Made by a program: the position numbers and the translations under genes. The notes below the pieces were generated by a model that was not told where the DNA came from, made no database searches, and saw only the letters and a program-made list of their open reading frames with translations. From Fidelibacterota bacterium (GTDB taxonomy: Bacteria; Fidelibacterota; Marinisomatia; Marinisomatales; TCS56), in assembly GCA_013203115.1 (NCBI GenBank), contig JABMQW010000087.1, positions 1-49,847 on the forward strand: a stretch of 49,847 bases of DNA. The letters are read 5' to 3'. Position 1 is the stretch's first letter. Each line of letters starts with the position of its first letter. Below are positions 19,871 through 29,053 of this stretch, in pieces.

Positions 19871-21493
19871 ATGAGTCAATTAGTAACTTTGGATTGGATC
19901 ACAATTGGTTTATATTTTCTGTTTATCTTTATTGTGGCCTATTGGGCAACCCATCGTGATACTTCAACTCGCAAAACATCCGCCGGCTATTTTCTAGCCG
20001 GACGTAATGTTGGTTGGTTTGTAATCGGTGCTTCTTTATTCGCTTCTAATATTGGGTCTGAGCACCTGGTCGGACTGGCCGGTACCGGAGCTGCCAGCGG
20101 AGTTGCCGTCGGTCAGTTTGAAATTTGGGCTTCTTTGATACTTTTAATGTTAGGTTGGGTTTTTGTCCCATTTTACCTGCGTAGTGGTGTTTACACAATG
20201 CCGGAATTTTTAGAACGGCGTTACTCATCCGCCGCACGCTGGTATTTATCAATTATATCGATAATAGGCTATGTTCTGACCAAGATTTCAGTGACTATTG
20301 CGGCTGGCGGGATCGTTTTCGAAACCCTGATGGGCATTGATTTTTGGACCGGAGCTTTGATAATTGTTCTTGCTACCGGTATTTATACGGTTTTGGGGGG
20401 CTTACGGGCAGTATTGTATACGGATTTGATCCAGATGTTCATATTAATTGGTGGTGCAATAATTGTCACAATTACCGGACTGGCCAAGTTGGGTGGCTGG
20501 GGTAATTTATACGAAATAGTCGGTAGTGATTATTTTAATATGTGGAAATCACTATCCGATCCTGATTTTCCCTGGACAGGAATTCTTTTTGGGGTTCCCA
20601 TTCTTGGCGTATGGTATTGGTGTACTGACCAATTTATTGTTCAGCGGGTTCTATCTGCTAATAATATTGATAATGCCCGGCGGGGAACAATTTTTGGTGG
20701 CTATTTAAAATTATTACCGGTTTTCATTTTTGTTATTCCGGGTGTGATAGCCTATGCTTTGGCGCAATCAGGTCAATTGACATTAGATCAGCCCGACCAA
20801 GCATTACCGGTATTAATAGGTGTTCTCATGCCGGTTGGCTTGCGCGGCTTAATAATTGCAGGGTTACTGGCCGCGCTAATGAGTTCATTGTCATCGGTGT
20901 TTAATTCCTGCTCGACTTTAATAACCTGGGATATTTATAAGAAGATACGGCCTGAAACCAGTGATAAACATCTGGTTACGGTCGGACAAATTGCAACTGC
21001 CATCCTGGTGGGATTCGGACTATTATGGATTCCGTTCATGAAATTGATATCGGGGCAACTGTATCAATATCTACAGAGTGTTCAAGCCTATATTGCTCCA
21101 CCGATTGCAGCGGTCTTTCTGATTGGATTATTCTGGACCAGAGTTAATTCTCATGGTGCAATCGCAGCATTGATATCCGGGTTCATTCTGGGTATGGTAC
21201 GACTTGTTGCGGAAATAAATAAGGATTTACTGTCTGGTTGGCTGTTTTCCTATGCCAATATCAATTTTCTCCATTTTGCCATACTTTTATTCCTGATCTG
21301 TTCCGGCGTGTTGATTGGAGTCAGTCTGGTTACTAAGCAAGCACCGATAACAAAATTAGTCGGCTTAACTTATTCTACTAAGGAAAAGCCAACAACGGCA
21401 CCGCTAAATTCACACTGGTTTCGAAAGGATTTTATTTTCAGCATCTTGCTGGTAGTATGCGTCGGACTTATCTGGATTTATTTCTCTGGCTGA
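19871..21493 (+). CDS. Sodium:solute symporter (SGLT-like sugar transporter)
   Basis: YFLAGR, GASLFASNIGSEHLVGLAG, TMPEFLERRY, GGLRAVLYTD, WYWCTDQFIVQRVL and AALMSSLSSVFNS; many hydrophobic helices. Confidence 0.95.
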   Translation: MSQLVTLDWITIGLYFLFIFIVAYWATHRDTSTRKTSAGYFLAGRNVGWFVIGASLFASNIGSEHLVGLAGTGAASGVAVGQFEIWASLILLMLGWVFVPFYLRSGVYTMPEFLERRYSSAARWYLSIISIIGYVLTKISVTIAAGGIVFETLMGIDFWTGALIIVLATGIYTVLGGLRAVLYTDLIQMFILIGGAIIVTITGLAKLGGWGNLYEIVGSDYFNMWKSLSDPDFPWTGILFGVPILGVWYWCTDQFIVQRVLSANNIDNARRGTIFGGYLKLLPVFIFVIPGVIAYALAQSGQLTLDQPDQALPVLIGVLMPVGLRGLIIAGLLAALMSSLSSVFNSCSTLITWDIYKKIRPETSDKHLVTVGQIATAILVGFGLLWIPFMKLISGQLYQYLQSVQAYIAPPIAAVFLIGLFWTRVNSHGAIAALISGFILGMVRLVAEINKDLLSGWLFSYANINFLHFAILLFLICSGVLIGVSLVTKQAPITKLVGLTYSTKEKPTTAPLNSHWFRKDFIFSILLVVCVGLIWIYFSG

Positions 21494-21843
21494 TGGTGCC
21501 CTAATTCCGACACTGATATGTAAAAACACCTCTCAAGTGTTTTAAAATGTTGGTGGTTAAAACAACAATTTAACTCATTCAGGAGGTGAAAGATTATACT
21601 AGGTCGGATCTTGCCATTTTTCATCACACAATCCCAAGAAAAATTAACTGATAGTGGCAGTCTGGCAATTATTGATGAGCTCATAACCGGTTCCACAATC
21701 TGATACGATTTATCATCAGGAATATACAGTGGTCGCATCGTTTGGCAGTCTATTTTGATGATCTGATTTATGGGCAATGGGATGATGAGAAAAAAGGGTA
21801 AATATATTGATTGGGATCGTAGATTGATGCTAATTTAACTTAC

Positions 21844-24039
21844 TTGCCCTTTAATCAAACCGGCAAAATAAATCTGGTAATTGTTGCCACCATTCACGAA
21901 AATGATACGATTAGCAAATTGAAGCAACTACTAACATTGACCTTCCTTTTGATCTTAATTGCTGGTTTACTCCGAGCCCAGTTTGCTATCGATGTTTTTG
22001 ATAAATATACTTCGGTCAGTCAATTAGGTCTGACGGTGACCAATTACGGTGTACTGGGGAATGGCTGGAATAAAATTGATGGCCAAATACTTCCGTCATG
22101 CCAATATCGCCAGCATACGGAAATCCTACGGGAACAGATCGAGCATTTTTCCTTTGCTGGTCTCTGGATTGGCGGTAAAGTGAGCGGGGACCGGAGAGTA
22201 AGTACGGCTATCGTAGATGGCGTTTTTGAATCCGGGGTAGAAGGATTCGAATTCTTTGCAGCCTCCGAAATTAAAACCAGGTCTTCCATTTCATCTACTT
22301 CAGATGACCCAATGGCAAAATATTTTTCCCTCGATGCCGTGTCCCATCAGGATATGCTGATGGATTTCCAGGATTATGGACAAGAGGTTGTTAACCACGA
22401 ACCATTGGGTATTAATGTTCACTTAGAGACCTATTCCTGGAATTTTACCTTTGCAGATGCATTCGCTATTCTTAACTATACCATCACTAATGCCTCAACT
22501 GATACAATCGAAGATATTTACGCCGGACTCTGGGTGGATGCCTCGATCGGTAACATGAATTATACCAGTATTTACGAGCCCGGTGGCGGATTCTCCTGGT
22601 ATGATAACCTGGATGGCTTCGATGAAACTGTCGATGACGCCGATTTTACCCGCGATATAGCTTTTCAATATGATGCCGATGGTGACGACGGTTGGTCCCA
22701 GTCTTATATCGGTATTACTATGCTGGGCAGTAACGTGCCAAGACCTTACATTGATTCTTATTACCACCAGTGGACTTGGACAGGATCAATAAATACAAAT
22801 TACCCTGCTTATGCCATGCCCATGACCGATATCGAGCGCTATGAAACAATGAGAAACAGTGTGCCAAAGGATCCAACCGGAACTACCGGAACCTATACCA
22901 ATGGTTACCCTGATATCCCAAACAGTTGGCTGTTTCAGCTTTCTTCCGGTCCCCTGGGATCGCAACCCGCAAATATGGACTCCACCAGTTGGGAGTTGCC
23001 CCCGGGAGAATCATGCCAGATCGTGTTCGCGGTTGTTGCGGCACCCTGGGTTGGTGGTGGTTCAGACAGCGAATTCCGTCGGGCCGCTCTACATGTGAAT
23101 ATGGATTGGGCGCAAAAAGCCTATGATGGCGAGGATAAAAACCGCAATAATGTGCTCGACGAAGGTGAGGATACTGATGGCAATGCTATATTAGATCGGT
23201 ATATTCTACCGGAACCACCACCGAAACCGAATATGACGGTCGAAGTAGGTGATCAGATGGTAACAATCTATTGGGCCAATAACGCGGAATCATTTATCGA
23301 CCCGGTGAGCAAGGAAAAGGATTTTGAAGGTTATCGCATTTACAGTGCGCACAAGACCGTGGGTGGTGAAATGGCGGAATTCACCCTGCTGGGTGAATAT
23401 GATATTTATAATGAGAATGACCAGAACATTGGCTACAACACCGGGCTTGATCTGATCAGGATCAAGAATGAATTCGGCGAACCGGATTCGGTTAAGATTG
23501 ATGACCGTAATTACCATTACAAATTTGAAAATAAAGGTGTAAAAAACGGTTGGTTGAATTATTATTCAGTCACCGCCTACGACCGGGGCGATCCTGAAGC
23601 AAACCTGGAAAGTTTGGAGAGTTCAGTTACTGATAACCGCCGGGGACATTATGTTTATCCCGGTCTGTCCGCCAGCGATTCGTCTTGGGTCGGTGAACCC
23701 AGTGTTTATCCAAATCCCTACCGCGGCCAGGCGCTCTGGGACGGTTACGGCAGCCGGGACCGGATGATCTGGTTCCAGAATCTACCGGTTCGCGCTGAAA
23801 TCCGTATTTTCACGCTAGCCGGTGACCTGGTGGATATAATCCAACACGATTCAGGATACCGCGGTGAGGACATTAAAAATATTGATAGCAATAAAGACCC
23901 GATTATGAGTGGTGGCGAGCACGCCTGGGACCTGATCAGTCAATATGACCAGGCAATTGCATCAGGTTTATACCTTTTTACGGTAAAAGATGATTTCACT
24001 AAAATAATCAAAGAAGGTAAATTTCTAATAATCAAGTAA
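21844..24039 (+). CDS. Conserved secreted protein with Ca-binding-like loops, an FN3-like domain and a divergent CTD
   Basis: Probable start TTG 21919 (MKQLLTL...LRA-Q). DKNRNNVLDEGEDTDGN Ca-loop pattern; PPPKP...VTIYW...DFEGYRIY...YYSVTAYD FN3-like region; C-terminal VYPNPY...IRIFTLAGDLV...WDL...IASGLYLF...GKFLIIK. Confidence 0.8.
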   Translation: MPFNQTGKINLVIVATIHENDTISKLKQLLTLTFLLILIAGLLRAQFAIDVFDKYTSVSQLGLTVTNYGVLGNGWNKIDGQILPSCQYRQHTEILREQIEHFSFAGLWIGGKVSGDRRVSTAIVDGVFESGVEGFEFFAASEIKTRSSISSTSDDPMAKYFSLDAVSHQDMLMDFQDYGQEVVNHEPLGINVHLETYSWNFTFADAFAILNYTITNASTDTIEDIYAGLWVDASIGNMNYTSIYEPGGGFSWYDNLDGFDETVDDADFTRDIAFQYDADGDDGWSQSYIGITMLGSNVPRPYIDSYYHQWTWTGSINTNYPAYAMPMTDIERYETMRNSVPKDPTGTTGTYTNGYPDIPNSWLFQLSSGPLGSQPANMDSTSWELPPGESCQIVFAVVAAPWVGGGSDSEFRRAALHVNMDWAQKAYDGEDKNRNNVLDEGEDTDGNAILDRYILPEPPPKPNMTVEVGDQMVTIYWANNAESFIDPVSKEKDFEGYRIYSAHKTVGGEMAEFTLLGEYDIYNENDQNIGYNTGLDLIRIKNEFGEPDSVKIDDRNYHYKFENKGVKNGWLNYYSVTAYDRGDPEANLESLESSVTDNRRGHYVYPGLSASDSSWVGEPSVYPNPYRGQALWDGYGSRDRMIWFQNLPVRAEIRIFTLAGDLVDIIQHDSGYRGEDIKNIDSNKDPIMSGGEHAWDLISQYDQAIASGLYLFTVKDDFTKIIKEGKFLIIK

Positions 24040-24055
24040 ACAAAAGGAGTTAAGC

Positions 24056-27000
24056 ATGAAACTAAAACTGTTATCAGTTTTTTTGTTGGTAATGACTGTG
24101 TCATTTGCCCAGGTGATTACTGTTGCCGAAGCACGGGCAACGGCTGTTGGGCAAACGGTCACTACGTCCGGCATTGTAACCACGATTAATTTTGCCAGTA
24201 GCAATTCCAGTGAATATGTTATCCAGGATTCTACTGGCGGTATCGTTCTTTACAAATACGGAATTGACTACAATCTGCTCAGCGGTGATTTGGTTGAAGT
24301 AACCGGTGAAATTGATGATTACAGCGGCAAGATGGAAATTATACCAGTGGATTCTGCAGATGTTACCGTTGTTAGTTCAGGTAATGATTTGCCGGCCTTC
24401 CAGCCGGTTACCGTTACCGGTTTACTGGCCAATGGCGAATCATTAGAAAGTGAACTAGTAGAAATCTACAATGTAGATATTGTTGGTGGTGATGACTGGC
24501 CGGCAGATAATGTCAATGCCAACATTACCATTTCCGATGATGATTCGGTTAATACGGTAACTCTCCGTATTGATCGCCAGACTGACCTGGATGGTGGCAC
24601 GGCGCCTACCACTACCTTTGACGTGAGAGGGGTAATTTCACAGTACACTTCCGGAGCTGCCGATGTTGGATATCAGATTCAACCGAGAGGATTTTCAGAT
24701 ATCACAACTCCCGATCCGGGTATTATCACGGTTGCTGCCGCAAGAGCAACCGCTGAAGGTACCACCGTCACAACCCGCGGCTTTATTACTACTCCCAGCT
24801 TCAGCGGCTCCAGTTCTGATTATGTTCTGCAGGATGGTACGGCCGGAATCGGTATCTATGGCAGCGGTATTACGCCCACTCTGAATCCGGGTGATTTTAT
24901 CACAATTACCGGTTCAATCGGATCATATGGTGGTAAGATTCAGATCGGTCCAAGCGCTGCAGGCGATATGACCGTACTTGCTACTGGCGCTTACCTGCCG
25001 GCATTTCAGGAATTGACAATTGCTGAAATCCTGGCTGCCGGTGAAGATTATGAATCAGAGTTGGTGACCATAATACTGGCATCAATTACTGGTGGTGATG
25101 CCTGGCCAAGCTCAGGTTCAAACGCCAATGTCACAATCACTGATATTAGTGATTCGTCGCTAACGATGCGGATCGACAAAGATACTGACCTGGATGAAAA
25201 CTTGGTACCCCAGGGGACATTCAATGTCTCTGGTGTTATTGATGAATACTACGCGTACCAGATCAAGCCGCGCTATTATTCCGATATTGAAATCCTTGGT
25301 GATGTTTCACCGGTGATTTTGGATATGGTGCATACCCCCGAGAATCCGATACCCACTGATATTGTGACAGTTACTGCAGATGTAATTGATGATGGAACGG
25401 TAACAGTGGAATTGAATTACCAGGTTGGCACTGGTGCATTTTCCACAGTTGCCATGGTGGCTGGTATCGGGTTCAGTTATTCCGGCGATATTCCGGCTCA
25501 GGTTGATGGCTCATTCGTCAGCTATTTTATCAGCGCTGATGATGGTGTAAACACGGTCGTGCATTCTGATACCGCCCTGTATGCTGTCTGGGAACCTAGT
25601 GATTTAACACCGATCTATAACATTCAGTACACTACTGATCCCAGCGGCGATTCTCCTTTCCTGGATCAGGAAGTTACCATTGGTGGTGTAGTCACTGCCG
25701 AATTCTGGGGTAGTTCCTCGAATCGCTATATCCATGTCCAGGATGCGGACAGTGCCTGGAGTGGAGTGGTTGTTTTCGAATATGGTGGCTGGGATGGTTT
25801 TGACTTCACGACGCCCCTCGGTGATACGGTACACACAGTAGCTGAAGGCGACAGTGTAGTTCTGACTGGTACGGTTAATGAATATTGGGGTTTAACCCAA
25901 ATATTAGATGTAACTGAATTTGTGGTTTACGGAACAGCCCTGCAACCATTTGATCCAATTACTGTAACTGCTGCTGAAATAATGACTGCTGGTACTATGG
26001 CTGAAGCCTATGAAGGTATGCTGGTAAAAGTGGCAACTGTAACTGTCGACGATCCCGACCTGGGATTCGGAGAATGGTCGTTTACCGATGGAACTAATTC
26101 CATCATGGTCGATGATATCTGGGACTATTATTTCGATCCGGCCGATCAGGTATTGGATGAAATTGTTGGTGTCATGACCTATAGTCATAGTAATACTAAA
26201 CTGCTGCCTAGACTGGCCCGTGACATCGTTCAGACTGGTATTTCCCGTTTCCAGCGCATCCAGCAGGTGCTCTACAGTGACCTCCTGAAGACAGCTGGCG
26301 ATGCTACCTCTGACATGTCAACGGCATTTGGTGATACGGTTACGCTTACCGGTATCGTTACCATGCCTACCGGCCTCAGTTACGCCGGTGACGGTATCAA
26401 ATTCGTTTTCGCCGATCCTAAAGGCGGTCCCTGGAGCGCAATTCTCAGCTATGCTCCCGACAGTTCCGCTTACCCGGTGCTCTATGTAGGTGACAGCATC
26501 GTTGCCACCGGCTATATTGACGAATACAATACGCCCCCGGCTAATATGACCGAACTGTTCATTACCCAACCAATAAACCTGGTAGGAATCGGTTCAGCGC
26601 CGCCCATGACTTATGTTGATGCCGCTGATCTGATGTATCCCACCACGGCTGAACAGTGGGGTAATGTTATGGTCACAATCGGTGCTTCTGAGGTAGTGGA
26701 GCACGGTGCATTGTCATCCAATGATGGTGGCATCAAAGTGAGCGATGGTACCGGCGAAGTCTGGATTGACCATGATTCGGATGATATCTGGAATCTGTGG
26801 AATAATAACGGTTTCCCGGCTATCGGTACCCAGATCGATTCAATCCGCGGCTGGATTTACCACCACTTCGGGGCCTATGCCGATTCCACTACTTATAAGC
26901 TGGTTCCGCTGTGGGAAGCCGACATCGCCCTCAGTGAAGTTGGTGTCGACAACGAACTCCAACCTGAGAGCTATGCCCTCTATCAGAATTACCCCAACCC

Positions 27001-27244
27001 ATTCAACCCGGAGACCCAGATCCATTTCCGTCTGGCTGCCGCTGAAAAGGTAACCATGGTAATTTATGATATTAGAGGCCGCCAGGTCCGGACGCTGGTT
27101 AAAGATAATTTCAATGCCGGCCTCCACACAGTAACCTGGAATGGTCAGAATAACAAGGGCGTAAACGTTGCTTCAGGCATGTATATCTACCGGATAAAAG
27201 CCGGTAATTTCGTAGCTAAACAGAAAATGCTCTTATTGCGCTAA
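24056..27244 (+). CDS. Secreted protein with tandem OB-fold-like repeats (YhcR/ExeM-type), an Ig-like domain and a FlgD-Ig CTD; no catalytic domain seen
   Basis: AAGGAG RBS at 24044-24049; signal peptide ending SFA-Q. Four repeats of 'VT..G.VT...QD...G/S.....GD.V..TG.I.eY' each paired with 'E..E..LV...(V)SDG...D......G......(Y).I.PR...DI'. CTD QNYPNPFNPET...QKMLLLR. Confidence 0.85.
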   Translation: MKLKLLSVFLLVMTVSFAQVITVAEARATAVGQTVTTSGIVTTINFASSNSSEYVIQDSTGGIVLYKYGIDYNLLSGDLVEVTGEIDDYSGKMEIIPVDSADVTVVSSGNDLPAFQPVTVTGLLANGESLESELVEIYNVDIVGGDDWPADNVNANITISDDDSVNTVTLRIDRQTDLDGGTAPTTTFDVRGVISQYTSGAADVGYQIQPRGFSDITTPDPGIITVAAARATAEGTTVTTRGFITTPSFSGSSSDYVLQDGTAGIGIYGSGITPTLNPGDFITITGSIGSYGGKIQIGPSAAGDMTVLATGAYLPAFQELTIAEILAAGEDYESELVTIILASITGGDAWPSSGSNANVTITDISDSSLTMRIDKDTDLDENLVPQGTFNVSGVIDEYYAYQIKPRYYSDIEILGDVSPVILDMVHTPENPIPTDIVTVTADVIDDGTVTVELNYQVGTGAFSTVAMVAGIGFSYSGDIPAQVDGSFVSYFISADDGVNTVVHSDTALYAVWEPSDLTPIYNIQYTTDPSGDSPFLDQEVTIGGVVTAEFWGSSSNRYIHVQDADSAWSGVVVFEYGGWDGFDFTTPLGDTVHTVAEGDSVVLTGTVNEYWGLTQILDVTEFVVYGTALQPFDPITVTAAEIMTAGTMAEAYEGMLVKVATVTVDDPDLGFGEWSFTDGTNSIMVDDIWDYYFDPADQVLDEIVGVMTYSHSNTKLLPRLARDIVQTGISRFQRIQQVLYSDLLKTAGDATSDMSTAFGDTVTLTGIVTMPTGLSYAGDGIKFVFADPKGGPWSAILSYAPDSSAYPVLYVGDSIVATGYIDEYNTPPANMTELFITQPINLVGIGSAPPMTYVDAADLMYPTTAEQWGNVMVTIGASEVVEHGALSSNDGGIKVSDGTGEVWIDHDSDDIWNLWNNNGFPAIGTQIDSIRGWIYHHFGAYADSTTYKLVPLWEADIALSEVGVDNELQPESYALYQNYPNPFNPETQIHFRLAAAEKVTMVIYDIRGRQVRTLVKDNFNAGLHTVTWNGQNNKGVNVASGMYIYRIKAGNFVAKQKMLLLR

Positions 27245-27248
27245 ACTA

Positions 27249-27294
27249 CCCCCCCCCAAGGCCCCCCACATAAAAATGGTGGGGGGTCGGGGGG
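27249..27294 (+). promoter_or_regulatory. Very GC-rich intra-operon stem-loop without a U-tract (putative mRNA stabiliser or attenuator)
   Basis: C9 (27249-27257), CCCCCCAC (27262-27269) pairing with GTGGGGGG (27279-27286), then GGGGGG (27289-27294). Confidence 0.6.
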
Positions 27295-27310
27295 ACAAAT
27301 TCCATAATAA

Positions 27311-29053
27311 ATGATAACGTTGAGAAAAACCAGCCTAGCAATCCTGCTGGGAATTGCCCTGTGGTCATGTTCGCTCTGGGAGTATGCTGACCCTTCCGAC
27401 CCGCTGACCAATGCGGCCCCTGAGACCTATCTCACGGTAGTTGCCAACGACACCCTTTTCCCGGTTGAATCAGCTGACTCCAGCTGGTACTATATAATTG
27501 GTTTGGACAGCATTCCGATCCAGGGTCCCGATACCCTGACTGATGCTTTCGCCACTATCTCTACCAGCCGCCAGGTCTTGAACTGGTGGGGGGAAGATAG
27601 CGATGGTGAAGTAATTGGCTATCTATATAAATGGAATTCGGATGCTGACTGGACCTATACCACCAGGGAATCGGGAATATTTTATGTTCCTATCCGTACC
27701 GTTCTGGATGTGTTCTGGTTTGATATCAAGGCAATCGATAATAGCGCCCGTTGGGATTATGACCGTCCGGCCACGGCCGTGAGCGATTCCGCCGATTTTG
27801 AATATATATCCGATATCGGTGATACGATTAATGTTCTCGATGCTGCAGATGTTTTTCTTGACGAAGGAGCGCTGCCCGGTATCCAGACTCCCCTGGGCGC
27901 CCCCTTACGGCCATTGCAGGATAACGAATTATTCTACCTGCCGCCAACAGAAACTGAGGGCGCAGTGGACCTGTCCTCAGCAAAACTTGTTTTTCCAATC
28001 AGAAATTCCAGTCCCGAAATTTCTTTCCGCTACCAGAGCAATCCAACCTACGTTGCCCAGGAAGTAAGAAATGACACGGCCTATACCTTCCCAACCCGGA
28101 CCTTTGTCTGGGACCTTTATGACCTGGATGGACTGGAGACAGTCACCAATATTTATTATGCACTTGATGATACCTGTGACACCTGCTGGAATACCCTGGA
28201 TGCTGCCGCTTATACCAGCTATACGCTTACTGGTCTCAAGCCCGGCTTCCGTACTATTTATCTTAAAACCAGCGATATTGCCGGGGCCGAGAGCAAGATT
28301 ATCCAGTACCCGGATACTTCAAATACCGATGAACCAGATTTCTGGAAAGTAATGCCGGTTGTTGGCAATCTGCTATTGGTAGATGATTACCCTCTGGATA
28401 GTCAAAACAATTCCAATAGATGGTACAAGTCCGTTCTGGATTCAGTAGTGGGTAGTGGGAATTACTCGACCTGGGAAATCGGCTACCGTTTGCCGTTTTC
28501 AACTGTCGATATATCGGCTAATCTGAAATATTTTGATCATGTTATCTGGTATACGGCATACAATGGTATCGAAACCTACCGCGAGGCTGAATCCAATATT
28601 AATTCCTTTGTGCTGGGGGGCGGCAACTTATTTATGATCGCCTCTGAATTGAAGGATACGACGTTCACCTGGTTTCCGCTGACTGATACCTATGTTGTAA
28701 ATCCCAATGGTCGTTTGTGGCCGGGCCGAATTCTGGAATCAGGGATTTCTGCGGAATATGACGTAGCTGTGGCAAAAATGATTGCCATCCGTTTGCGTGC
28801 TTTCGAACCGGATTCAGCCCTGTTCGTTAACTATCAGGAATTATACCACCTGCAGGATCCCACGGCCCAGGATCAATGGGTCGGCAACCCGGTCATGGCT
28901 GGTATGGGCAGATTTCAGGTTTCCGCCACCAGGCTATCGGGCCTAGCTGGGTTAATGACAATCACCCTCCACGATGGTTATGATTCCACCCTGGAAGAAA
29001 CTGGGATCATTAACTTTTTCGATTATTTAATTAATGAGGCCTTTGTCCAGTGA
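27311..29053 (+). CDS. Uncharacterised outer-membrane lipoprotein with Ig/FN3-like modules
   Basis: Lipobox ALWSC; 'NAAPETYL...LNWWGEDSDGEVIGYLY.W' pattern; later alpha/beta segment 'LLLVDDY...DHVIWYT...GGNLFM'. Confidence 0.75.
   Translation: MITLRKTSLAILLGIALWSCSLWEYADPSDPLTNAAPETYLTVVANDTLFPVESADSSWYYIIGLDSIPIQGPDTLTDAFATISTSRQVLNWWGEDSDGEVIGYLYKWNSDADWTYTTRESGIFYVPIRTVLDVFWFDIKAIDNSARWDYDRPATAVSDSADFEYISDIGDTINVLDAADVFLDEGALPGIQTPLGAPLRPLQDNELFYLPPTETEGAVDLSSAKLVFPIRNSSPEISFRYQSNPTYVAQEVRNDTAYTFPTRTFVWDLYDLDGLETVTNIYYALDDTCDTCWNTLDAAAYTSYTLTGLKPGFRTIYLKTSDIAGAESKIIQYPDTSNTDEPDFWKVMPVVGNLLLVDDYPLDSQNNSNRWYKSVLDSVVGSGNYSTWEIGYRLPFSTVDISANLKYFDHVIWYTAYNGIETYREAESNINSFVLGGGNLFMIASELKDTTFTWFPLTDTYVVNPNGRLWPGRILESGISAEYDVAVAKMIAIRLRAFEPDSALFVNYQELYHLQDPTAQDQWVGNPVMAGMGRFQVSATRLSGLAGLMTITLHDGYDSTLEETGIINFFDYLINEAFVQ

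Noticed and set aside
21494-21843. Possible gene remnant or small ORF (AGGAGGTG present; minus-strand 99-aa ORF)
   Set aside because: Plus-strand frames contain multiple stops and no recognisable family; I cannot support a call, although decayed coding sequence is possible.
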